DNA of 41,779 nt. It comes from Phycisphaerae bacterium. GTDB taxonomy: Bacteria > Planctomycetota > Phycisphaerae > UBA1845 > Fen-1342. The notes under the pieces are model-generated. The model worked only from the letters and a program-made list of their open reading frames with translations, was not told where the DNA came from and ran no database searches. Location: assembly GCA_050115495.1 (NCBI GenBank), contig JASFQK010000049.1:1-41779 (forward strand). The letters run 5' to 3'. Below are positions 16,856 to 25,134 of this stretch, in pieces; position 1 is the stretch's first letter, and the number at the start of each line of letters is the position of its first letter. The translations under genes and the position numbers were made by a program.

Positions 16856-18021
16856 CCGTTATTCCGCATGGCGGCGATCAGCAGGTCGGCGATCTCCGGG
16901 CGGGTAAACTCCACCGGCGGACGCTCGCCGCGGCTGAGCAGCTCGCGCACCTTCGTGCCGGACAGGAACACGCGGTCTTCCGGCCCGCTATGCGTGGTCT
17001 TGTCGCTGGCCATCGCTCCGGATCGGCGACACCAGAAGGCGTGCTCGAACTTCAGCGGCGTGATGCCGATCTCGCCCGGCTCGAATTCGTCGAAGATCTG
17101 CTGGGCGTCATACGTGCCGTAGTACTTACCGACGCCGGCGTGGTCGCGGCCGACGATGAAGTGCGTGCAGCCGTAATTCTTGCGCACCAGGGCGTGGAGA
17201 ATGGCCTCGCGCGGGCCGGCGTAGCGCATCGCCGCCGGCCAAACCGACAGCATCGTGTTCTTCGGGCTGTAGTAGTTGGCGAGGAGGGCCTCGTAGCACT
17301 GCATGCGGACGTCGGCGGGGATGTCACCCTCCTGCGTCTGACCGACGAGCGGGTGGATGAGCAGGCCATCGCAGATCTCGAGGGCGCACTTGGTGATGTA
17401 CTCGTGGGCCCGGTGGATCGGGTTCCGCGTTTGGAAGGCGACGACCGTGTGCCAGCCGTGCTCGGCGAAGCCGGCCCGGGTCTGTGCCGGGGTCAGGCGG
17501 TACTTGGGGAACGTCGGGTCGTGCCGCGGGCAGAGGACCTCGATCCCGCCGGCGAGGCAAACGTCGCCCTGCGAAAGGGTGACGGCGACGCCGGGATGGG
17601 CCTGGTCGGTCGTGCGGTAGACGCGCTCGGCTTCGAGCTGCTTGTCGTGCGGGTACTTCTCGGAGACGCGGAGGATGGCGAGCGGCCGGTCCTGGTCGTC
17701 CGTGAGGGTAACCGGCTGGCCGACCTCGATCTTCGCCGCGATGTCCGGCGAAACCGAGCACGTGATGGGCACGCTCCAGGGCAGGCCGTTGGACAGGCGC
17801 ATGCGCTCGCACACCGACTGGAACTCGGCGGCGGTCATGAAGCCGGTCAGCGGGCTCATCGCCCCGATCGCCAGCAGTTCGAGATCGCACTGCTCGCGCT
17901 CGGGCAGGGGGATGCGGGTCAACTGGGCGGCCTCCGCCGTCAGCTTCTGCCGCCGGCCGTCATCGACCACCAGATTCACGAGGGTGCCGCCATGCGGGGG
18001 GATCAACTCACTGCCCTTCAT
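16852..18021 (-). CDS. sat: Sulfate adenylyltransferase
   Basis: PHGG.LVNL, SPLTGFM, AFQTRNPIHRAHEY, MRYAGPREA..HA..RKNYGCTHFIVGRDHAG, LSGTKVR; start taken at MKGSELIPPHGG. Confidence 0.97.
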   Translation of the reverse strand: MKGSELIPPHGGTLVNLVVDDGRRQKLTAEAAQLTRIPLPEREQCDLELLAIGAMSPLTGFMTAAEFQSVCERMRLSNGLPWSVPITCSVSPDIAAKIEVGQPVTLTDDQDRPLAILRVSEKYPHDKQLEAERVYRTTDQAHPGVAVTLSQGDVCLAGGIEVLCPRHDPTFPKYRLTPAQTRAGFAEHGWHTVVAFQTRNPIHRAHEYITKCALEICDGLLIHPLVGQTQEGDIPADVRMQCYEALLANYYSPKNTMLSVWPAAMRYAGPREAILHALVRKNYGCTHFIVGRDHAGVGKYYGTYDAQQIFDEFEPGEIGITPLKFEHAFWCRRSGAMASDKTTHSGPEDRVFLSGTKVRELLSRGERPPVEFTRPEIADLLIAAMRNNG

Positions 18022-18149
18022 CGTCCTCTCCACGCTCAGGGGTTGGATGGAAACCGGAAGTATAGGGCAAAGTGCGTGCCAGCCCAAACGGAGGGACAAT
18101 CCACGGTCGCGCCTTTCCGGCGACGGGCGGCTGCGGTAGTCTACCGCCC

Positions 18150-18686
18150 ATGACTATGTTGCTGAGCGAAACCGAGCTGCACGACGCTCTGGGCCAACTG
18201 GCTCGGAACATCGCGGCGGCGGCGCCGAAAGACGCGCCTCTGGCGGTTATCGGCATCCGACGTCGCGGGGAGAAGCTGGCGCAGCGGCTCCTGCCGCTGC
18301 TGGAACAGGCGGGCGCGCCGCCGGCGCATTACGGCGCCCTGGACATCACGCTGTACCGCGACGACCTGACGACGATCGGGCCGAGCGCGGTGGTGCGGGG
18401 CACGGAGATCGACTTCGACCTGACCGATACGTGGGTCGTGCTCGTGGACGACGTGCTCTACACGGGGCGATCGGTGCGGTCGGCGCTGGACGCGCTGACC
18501 GACCTGGGCCGCCCGCGGGCGATCCGGCTGGCGATCCTGGTGGACCGCGGGCTGCGCGAGCTGCCCATTCAGGCCGACTTCGTCGGTCTGCGGACGGACA
18601 CGGAGCCGCACCACGCGGTGAGCGTGCGGCTGATCGAGGTGGACGGCAAGGACGAGGTCGTGCTGCATGAACGCGGTGGCCACTGA
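18150..18686 (+). CDS. pyrR: Bifunctional pyr regulator / uracil phosphoribosyltransferase
   Basis: GIRRRG, LDITLYRDDL, VLVDDVLYTGRSVRSALDAL, LVDRG.RELPIQADFVG. Confidence 0.95.
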   Translation: MTMLLSETELHDALGQLARNIAAAAPKDAPLAVIGIRRRGEKLAQRLLPLLEQAGAPPAHYGALDITLYRDDLTTIGPSAVVRGTEIDFDLTDTWVVLVDDVLYTGRSVRSALDALTDLGRPRAIRLAILVDRGLRELPIQADFVGLRTDTEPHHAVSVRLIEVDGKDEVVLHERGGH

Positions 18687-19626
18687 GCAACCGGTCTGGA
18701 CCCGTAAGCACCTGCTGGGCCTGGGCGAACTGCTGCCCGAAGAGATCCTGCACGTGCTCGACACGGCGGAGGGGTTCAAAGAGGTCTCCACGCGCAGCGT
18801 GAAGAAGGTGCCGGCCCTGCGCGGGCGGGTCGTCGTGAACATGTTCTTCGAGGAGAGCACGCGAACGCGGATGAGCTTCGAGCTCGCCGCCCAGCGCCTC
18901 TCGGCCGACATTGTCGAGTTCTCGGAGAAGATGTCCTCGACGAAGAAGGGCGAATCGCTGTTGGACACGGCCCGCAACATCGAGGCCATGGGCGTGGACA
19001 TCATGATCCTGCGGCACCCGTCGGCAGGCGCAGCCCGGCACCTGGCCCAGGTGACCGACTGCTGCGTGGTCAACGCCGGCGACGGCCAGCACGCCCACCC
19101 GACGCAGGGGCTGCTCGACCTGTTCACCATCCGCGAGCGCAAGGGGCGCATCGCCGGGCTGAACGTGGCGATCGTGGGGGACATCGCCCACTCGCGCGTG
19201 GCCCGCTCGGACCTGCGCGGCCTGTTGAAGCTGGGGGCCCACGTGACGTTCGTCGGCCCGCCGACGCTCGTGCCGCGGTCCTTCGAGAAGCTGGGCGCCC
19301 GGGTGACGCACGACTTCGAGAGCATCCTGCCGGAGATGGACGTCATCAACATGCTGCGCATCCAGAAGGAGCGCATCTCGAGCAACGTCTTCCCCTCACT
19401 GCGTGAGTACGTGCGGCTGTTCGGCATGAACAGCGAGCGGCTCAAGCGGTGCAAGCCCGACGTGTTGATCATGCACCCCGGCCCGGTCAACCGCGGCATC
19501 GAACTGGCCGCCGACGTGGCCGACGGCCCGCAGTCGAGCATCCTGCGGCAGGTGACCAACGGGCTGGCGGTGCGGATGGCCGTGCTGTTCCTCTGCCAGC
19601 AGGCCGCGTCCGGCCGGGAAGGCTAG
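18667..19626 (+). CDS. pyrB: Aspartate carbamoyltransferase catalytic subunit
   Basis: FFEESTRTRMSFE, KGESL.DT, NAGDGQHAHPTQGLLD, GDIAHSRVARS, HPGPVNRG. Confidence 0.98.
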   Translation: MNAVATEQPVWTRKHLLGLGELLPEEILHVLDTAEGFKEVSTRSVKKVPALRGRVVVNMFFEESTRTRMSFELAAQRLSADIVEFSEKMSSTKKGESLLDTARNIEAMGVDIMILRHPSAGAARHLAQVTDCCVVNAGDGQHAHPTQGLLDLFTIRERKGRIAGLNVAIVGDIAHSRVARSDLRGLLKLGAHVTFVGPPTLVPRSFEKLGARVTHDFESILPEMDVINMLRIQKERISSNVFPSLREYVRLFGMNSERLKRCKPDVLIMHPGPVNRGIELAADVADGPQSSILRQVTNGLAVRMAVLFLCQQAASGREG

Positions 19627-19992
19627 CGTCCCCTCCCAACGAAGAAGACGCGTCGCGGGCCAGTGGGGAGCGCTATGCACAAGCCGGTCCGCTGCCTCGC
19701 GAACTAGCCGCAAAGCACAGGCGCCGCGTGAGTCGCTCGACCAAGCCAGACGCAGAGCCGCTCCGTAATACATTACTGGTTATGTACTTATGTACAGACA
19801 GCGCAGAAGCCCAACGCAGAGAGCCTCCTTCCGCCCCCCCAAAAAACGCGAATAGATCAAATTCCTTAGAGATATCGGACAAGAAATCTCTACAATAGCA
19901 TTTTGGATCGCCTGACGGTGGGGTAGGGTAGGGGCCCTGGTTAGGCGTGTGTGCGCCAATGGCCCCTGCTCTCGCAGTTCTGGCGTGAAGCT

Positions 19993-20571
19993 ATGAGGAG
20001 GAGAGCAGTGTCCCGTATGTTGTTGGTTGTTGCAGTAAGCGCGGTGCTCGCCGGGCCCGCAGTGGCCGAGCCTATCACGTTCATCTTCACCGGGGAAGTC
20101 ACCAGTGTTACTGGCGAGATGACGGCGCCCTTCCAGGACGTGCAGGTCAACGACCCACTTGAGCTATCGTACGTGTTTGAATCGACGACCCCAGACACGC
20201 AGTTGGCGAATCCCGCCATCGGCTCGTACGGGGCCATCAGCGAGCTTCAGGTGAAGATCGGCGAAGCCCAGCAATCCTGGACGATTACCCCGCCGCTCAA
20301 CGTGATTACCGTGCTTTCCGACATAGATCGGTACGCTGCCACCGCGGGCTCTCTCCCCATGACCACCTCCCTGGTAATCGACTTCGCGTCGGGCACAATG
20401 CAGGATGACTCCCTCCCGTCGACGCTGCCGTGGGACGAGGTGACCTCGACGTCCTTCGCACTAACAGCGGGCGGTTCGGTCAACGCTACCGTCACGACCT
20501 GGACGCCGGAACCTTCAGCGCTCGCCGTGCTCGCCCTGGTTTCGCCGTTTGCGCTTCGTCGCCGCGGCTAG
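19993..20571 (+). CDS. PEP-CTERM surface protein (cassette cargo)
   Basis: Signal peptide (..GPAVA/EPITFIFTG); S/T-rich domain; C-terminal TPEPSALAVLALVSPFALRRRG. Confidence 0.85.
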   Translation: MRRRAVSRMLLVVAVSAVLAGPAVAEPITFIFTGEVTSVTGEMTAPFQDVQVNDPLELSYVFESTTPDTQLANPAIGSYGAISELQVKIGEAQQSWTITPPLNVITVLSDIDRYAATAGSLPMTTSLVIDFASGTMQDDSLPSTLPWDEVTSTSFALTAGGSVNATVTTWTPEPSALAVLALVSPFALRRRG

Positions 20572-20578
20572 CGGTCGA

Positions 20579-20611
20579 GCAGGACCGGCTTGGCCTGTCG
20601 CCCGGTCCTGC
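20579..20611 (+). terminator. 10-bp hairpin just downstream of the PEP-CTERM gene
   Basis: GCAGGACCGG ... CCGGTCCTGC. Confidence 0.4.
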
Positions 20612-20644
20612 GTGAAGCCCGCACTCGATCGGCAATGCAACAAC

Positions 20645-21002
20645 GGCGGGTGGAGGCCGCCCTACGTTCTTGCCGTACCGTTGAGTTCGCCAGAGGAAGA
20701 AAGGGCGGGTTCGGCCCACCGCACGGTCCCGCGCGAAGCCGGTGTCACGCCGGCGACGCAACGTCCGGCGGGCTGAGGCCGCCCTACCGCTGCTCGAACA
20801 TCCTGCGGCAGGTAACCAGCGGCTTGGCGGTGCGGATGGCCGTGCTGTTCCTCTGCCAGCAGGCCGCCTCCGGCCGCGAGGACTAACCCGTATCCCGAGC
20901 TCAAACGCCGGGTGAAACCCGCCCTACCCGGACGGGCGCATGGTTCCGCGAAACCGGCGCTCGCCCGGCGACTCGACCAGTAGCGGGCTAAGCCCGCCCT
21001 AC
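20645..21002 (-). repeat. Cluster of four GTAG-type REP-like elements
   Basis: Plus-strand copies ending CCGCCCTAC at 20645-20665, 20767-20787, 20907-20927 and 20982-21002 (minus strand GTAGGGCGG...); a degenerate opposite-orientation copy starts near 20703. Confidence 0.75.
20794..20886 (+). pseudogene. Duplicated 3' end of pyrB (93 bp, att-like direct repeat)
   Basis: 83/93 identical to 19534-19626; encodes SNILRQVTSGLAVRMAVLFLCQQAASGRED* versus SSILRQVTNGLAVRMAVLFLCQQAASGREG*. Confidence 0.93.
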
Positions 21003-21125
21003 CACTATGCCCCCGTCCCCGAAATAGGGGAGGCGACCGAACCGGCCCGCCTCCGCCGCACGTAGCGGGGACACGAACCGAGCCGATCGCCTCCGTGGCT
21101 TCCTTCCCCACCCGCCGATGTTCGG

Positions 21126-21332
21126 CTAGATGCCGGCGACCTTGCGCTTGACGCGCTTGCGGACCACCTTCTTCTTGGCGACCTTCTTCTTGGCCACCTT
21201 CCTCTTGGCGACCTTCTTCTTGGCCACCTTCTTCTTGGCGACCTTCTTCTTCGCTACCTTCTTCTTGGCCACCTTTTTCTTGGCGACCTTCTTCTTCGCC
21301 ACCTTCTTCTTGGCGACCTTTCTCTTAGCCAT
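21126..21332 (-). CDS. Small Lys-rich histone H1-like protein, (AK[K/R]KV)x11
   Basis: ATG with GAGG RBS; 39/68 residues K or R; repeat units vary at synonymous positions; 32 bp downstream of the smc stop on the same strand. Confidence 0.8.
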   Translation of the reverse strand: MAKRKVAKKKVAKKKVAKKKVAKKKVAKKKVAKKKVAKKKVAKRKVAKKKVAKKKVVRKRVKRKVAGI

Positions 21333-21364
21333 GGCGCAACCTCACGTAAGGGTAAAGGAAACCA

Positions 21365-24300
21365 TCACGCCACATTGGGCGTGTCTACGCGATCTTCGAA
21401 GCGCACGCTGACGCGTTTACTCACCCCCGCCTCCTCCATGGTGATGCCGTAAAGGACGTCTGCGTTCTGCATCGTGCGCTTGCTGTGTGTAATCACCACG
21501 AACTGTGAATGCGCCAGAAAGTCCTGCAACAGCGTATTGAAGCGTTCTGTGTTCGCTTCATCAAGGGCTGCATCCACTTCATCCAAAAAAGCGAACGGCG
21601 ACGGTTTGCTCTTGAACACCGCCATCACCAGCCCCACCGCCGTCATCGTCTTCTCCCCACCCGACAGCAGCGAGATCGATTGCGGTTCCTTGCCCGGCGG
21701 CCGGGCGATGATCTCGATGCCGCACTCCAGCGGTCGCTCGGGGTCTTCCAGGATGATATCGGCTTTGCCCCCCCCGAAGAGTTTACGGAACAGCTCCTGG
21801 AAGTTAACGCGAATCTGCTCGAACGTGGCGGCGAAGCGCGACCGCGATTCCTCGTCCAGCTCGGCGATCAGCGCCTGCAAGCGTTCCACCGCCGCCAGCA
21901 GATCCGCCCGCTGCGCCGTCAGGTTCTCGTGCCGCGGCGTCAGCTCTTCAAGCTCGGCCAGAGCGTCGAGATTGACGTTGCCCAACCGGGCGATCTTCTC
22001 GCGCAATTCGTCGATTTCCTCGCGAATTGCGTCCCAATCCTGCTCCGTGTGCTCGTACGTGGCATAGCGCTCGGCCAGATCCAGACCGAGATCCTCGCGT
22101 ATGCGCGCCACCAGGTTCTCCTGGCGAACGTCGAGCTCGCGCTGGGCCACTTCGCTCTCATGCAGCGACGTCTCGCGCTCGTGCAGGCGCTCGCGCACCT
22201 CGTGTGTGTGCGCTCCGCCGCTTTCCTGACGCAAGCGCAGTTCCTGCCGGCGTTCCCGCAGCGCGAGCACGTCCGCCTGGACCCGCGCCAACTCGTCGGC
22301 ACACGCCCCGCAACGCTCGCCAGCCTCCGCCGACTCGCGCTCAACGACCGCCATCTGCTCTTCGGCGGCCTGCGCTTCGCGCTCGGCCTGGTCTTGCTCG
22401 GCGAGCAGTGCCGTCCGCGCCGCCTGCTGTGCCGCCAGCGATTCCTCGCCAGCGACACGTTTTTCTTTTGTCCGCCCCGCCTCGACCTGGGCGTCGGTCA
22501 GCTCCGCCGCACAGCGCTCGACGACCGCCTCACGCTCGCGAAGCACCTGCACCTGCGCCTCGATGCGGTCTTCCTGGACTCGCTGCTCCTCGCCGGCGAC
22601 GCTGCTTTCAGCCGCCAGCCGCTGCACGTCGGCCTCGATCTCGGCCATGGACCGCTGAGCGCCGGCCAACTCGCTATCGAGCAGGACCGCCTCACGCTCC
22701 GCCCGGTTGAGCTCACCTTCGAGACGGGTCAGACCGGCCCGGGCCTCCGCGTGCTCCTTCTGAACCGTGGCGATGCCGTTGAGCAACTCGTCCCGGCGAA
22801 CCTGCGCATCGGAACGGGCCTGCTGCACCTCGTTGCGCTCGCGCACCGCCCGTTCGAGCCCCGTTTCGATCTCGTCCCGCCGGAGGCGAAGCTGGCGAAT
22901 CTCGGCCAGACGCGAGATAAGACCGCCGGCGGCCTCCTCACGCGTGCCGAAGAGCAACCGCCCGTTCGCCCCCACCATCCGCCCATCCAGCGTGACGAAG
23001 ATGTAGCCCTCGGGCGCACTACCCGCCAGGGCCAGGGCCCGCTCGATCTCGTCGACCACGATCACGCGGCCCAGCAGATGCTCGGCCAGCGGACGATGCT
23101 CCGGCCGGCAGGCCACCCAATCCGCCGCCCGCGCCACAAAGCCGGGCGACTCGGCGTAGTCGGTCCGCGGGAACTCCGCCGGCAACCGATCCAGAGCCAG
23201 CACGCGCACCGGGCCGGAGAGCTTTTCCTGCCGGGCCAATTCGCTCAGCAGCGTGTACGTATTCTCCACGACGACGTGGCTTTCGAACGTCGACAGCACT
23301 GGCTGGAGCGCCCACACGCGCGGATCGTCAATCTGGAGCAGGTCGGCGACCAGGCCGGCGACGCTGCCCGTGCCGGCACCCCAGCCGAGCACGGCCTGTG
23401 TGCCGCGGTCGACGCCCTCCAGCCGCCGCTGCATCTGCTCCAGCAGGTCCAGCCGCGACAGGATGGCGCTGCGCTCCACCTTCGCCGCCCCGATCTGTTC
23501 GTCGAGCTCGCTCCGGCGGGCCTGAAGCTCCGCGGCACGACTCTCCGCCTGGCGCAGCTCGCCGGTAAGCTCGTTGCCCCGCGCATCCAGGGCGGCCACA
23601 CGGGCCGAGCCCTCGTCGCGCTGTTGCACGAGCGTGCTGCGCTCGCGGGTCAGCTCGTCGCCGCGCTGCGCCAGCCGCGCCGTTTGAGCCTGCAACCGCT
23701 CGCGCTGGGCCCCGAGGCTGTTCTGTTCGTTGTGCAGCAGGGCCGTCCGGCGAACGGCCTCGAAGGCGGCGGTCTTGGCCTGCTCCAGCGCGGTCCGGGC
23801 TTCGTCACGCTCCCGGGCGGCCTCGCTGTGAGCCGTACGCAGCTCGGCCACGTGCTCGACGCTTTGCTCGGCGGCAGTCACCAGGGCGGCCAGAGCCGCG
23901 GTCTCGTCGGCGATGCGCTGTTCCTGGCGGAAGGCCCGTTCGGCCAACTCCGTCGCCTGGCTGCGCCGCCGGTCGCGCGACGCCGCCAGATCCCCCAGCC
24001 GCCGCTCGCCCTGGGCGATGCGCTCGGCCAGGGCGCTGAGCTCGGTCTGCCGTTCGGCCACACAGGCTTCGCCGCCCTGAATCTGCTCGTCGAGCTGCTG
24101 GAGAATACGTTCCTGCTCGGCGGCCTCCGCGTCCTGCGTGGCCAGCTCCGTGCGCAGCGCCTGGAGCTCCTCGTTCAGGTCGGTGATCTGCTGCTGCGTC
24201 TCCCGCCGGCGGCATTCGAGTTCGTGATACTCGGCCAGCGAGAACGTCGACCGCTGCTCGCGCAGCCGAGCGTCGTACTCCTGCCAACGGCGAGCCTTGC

Positions 24301-24928
24301 CGGCGGCGAGCTTCACGCTACGCAGGCGGCGCTCCAGCTCGTCAACGACGTCGTTGAGCCGCAGCAGGTTGTTCTGCGTTCGGTCCAGTTTGCGGGCGGC
24401 CTCGGCCCGCTGCACCTTGTAGCGGCTGACGCCCGCGGCCTCCTCGAAGATCTCACGGCGTTCGAGCGGATTGGCCTGGAGCAGCATGTCCACGCGGCCC
24501 TGCTCGATGATGCTGTAGGCATCGACGCCCACGCCCGTATCGAGGAACAGGTGGCGGATGTCCTTCAGCCGGCAGACCTTGCCGTTTATGCGATATTCGC
24601 TGTCGCCGTTGCGATAGAGCACGCGGCCGACGCTGACTTCCGGCTCGTCGCTGCTCAGGAAGCCCGTGCGGTTATCGAACGTCAGCTCGACCGAGGCGGC
24701 GTTGGCCGGCTTGCGCGAACGCGACCCGGCGAAGATGACATCGAGCATCTTGTGGCCGCGCAGGCTGCGCGCCGATTGTTCACCGAGCACCCAGCGCAGC
24801 GCGTCGAGGATGTTGCTTTTCCCGCACCCGTTCGGGCCGACGACCATGGTGAGGCCGGGGCCGAACTCGAACTCGGTCCGGTCAGCGAAGCTTTTGAACC
24901 CGTGGAGAACGATGCGTTTGAGATACAC
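21365..24928 (-). CDS. smc: Chromosome segregation protein SMC
   Basis: GFKSFA, VGPNGCGKSNILDALRWVLGEQS, long coiled coils, hinge region (AGLVADLL..FVTLDG), LSGGEK, LDEVDAALD, VITH; GTG start at 24928. Confidence 0.97.
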   Translation of the reverse strand: MYLKRIVLHGFKSFADRTEFEFGPGLTMVVGPNGCGKSNILDALRWVLGEQSARSLRGHKMLDVIFAGSRSRKPANAASVELTFDNRTGFLSSDEPEVSVGRVLYRNGDSEYRINGKVCRLKDIRHLFLDTGVGVDAYSIIEQGRVDMLLQANPLERREIFEEAAGVSRYKVQRAEAARKLDRTQNNLLRLNDVVDELERRLRSVKLAAGKARRWQEYDARLREQRSTFSLAEYHELECRRRETQQQITDLNEELQALRTELATQDAEAAEQERILQQLDEQIQGGEACVAERQTELSALAERIAQGERRLGDLAASRDRRRSQATELAERAFRQEQRIADETAALAALVTAAEQSVEHVAELRTAHSEAARERDEARTALEQAKTAAFEAVRRTALLHNEQNSLGAQRERLQAQTARLAQRGDELTRERSTLVQQRDEGSARVAALDARGNELTGELRQAESRAAELQARRSELDEQIGAAKVERSAILSRLDLLEQMQRRLEGVDRGTQAVLGWGAGTGSVAGLVADLLQIDDPRVWALQPVLSTFESHVVVENTYTLLSELARQEKLSGPVRVLALDRLPAEFPRTDYAESPGFVARAADWVACRPEHRPLAEHLLGRVIVVDEIERALALAGSAPEGYIFVTLDGRMVGANGRLLFGTREEAAGGLISRLAEIRQLRLRRDEIETGLERAVRERNEVQQARSDAQVRRDELLNGIATVQKEHAEARAGLTRLEGELNRAEREAVLLDSELAGAQRSMAEIEADVQRLAAESSVAGEEQRVQEDRIEAQVQVLREREAVVERCAAELTDAQVEAGRTKEKRVAGEESLAAQQAARTALLAEQDQAEREAQAAEEQMAVVERESAEAGERCGACADELARVQADVLALRERRQELRLRQESGGAHTHEVRERLHERETSLHESEVAQRELDVRQENLVARIREDLGLDLAERYATYEHTEQDWDAIREEIDELREKIARLGNVNLDALAELEELTPRHENLTAQRADLLAAVERLQALIAELDEESRSRFAATFEQIRVNFQELFRKLFGGGKADIILEDPERPLECGIEIIARPPGKEPQSISLLSGGEKTMTAVGLVMAVFKSKPSPFAFLDEVDAALDEANTERFNTLLQDFLAHSQFVVITHSKRTMQNADVLYGITMEEAGVSKRVSVRFEDRVDTPNVA

Positions 24929-25134
24929 GCTGCCAGCCGCTCGCAGCAAAGACCCGGTCAGACCCCGTGTGGGCTCCGTCCCAGCGACGGGTGACCACCA
25001 CATCTTGTACTACGCTCCGCAGGGTAGCACAAGCGCTAACCGGTGACAACCGCCGGTTCCTGTCGGAGCGGCTGATGGCGCGGGGCGGATTACTCGATAA
25101 CTCCAACGGTGTTGTACCCACGCGGAGCAAATGC

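Noticed and set aside
18022..18149. PyrR-binding attenuator upstream of pyrR-pyrB
   Set aside because: No recognisable PyrR binding-loop consensus or U-tailed terminator in this short divergent spacer
19534..20886. pyrB tail repeat as a diversity-generating retroelement TR/VR pair
   Set aside because: Mismatches are not adenine-specific (several G/C and C/T changes), are mostly synonymous, and no reverse transcriptase is present
20645..21330. REP cluster or 15-bp Lys-repeat region as a CRISPR array
   Set aside because: REP copies are degenerate and irregularly spaced, the 15-bp units are contiguous coding repeats without spacers, and there are no cas genes
21509..24994. 1161-aa plus-strand ORF, and similar long antisense ORFs over pnp, the kinase, sat, herA and argS
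   Set aside because: They mirror well-supported genes on the other strand, have no recognisable motifs, and are expected from high-GC codon bias
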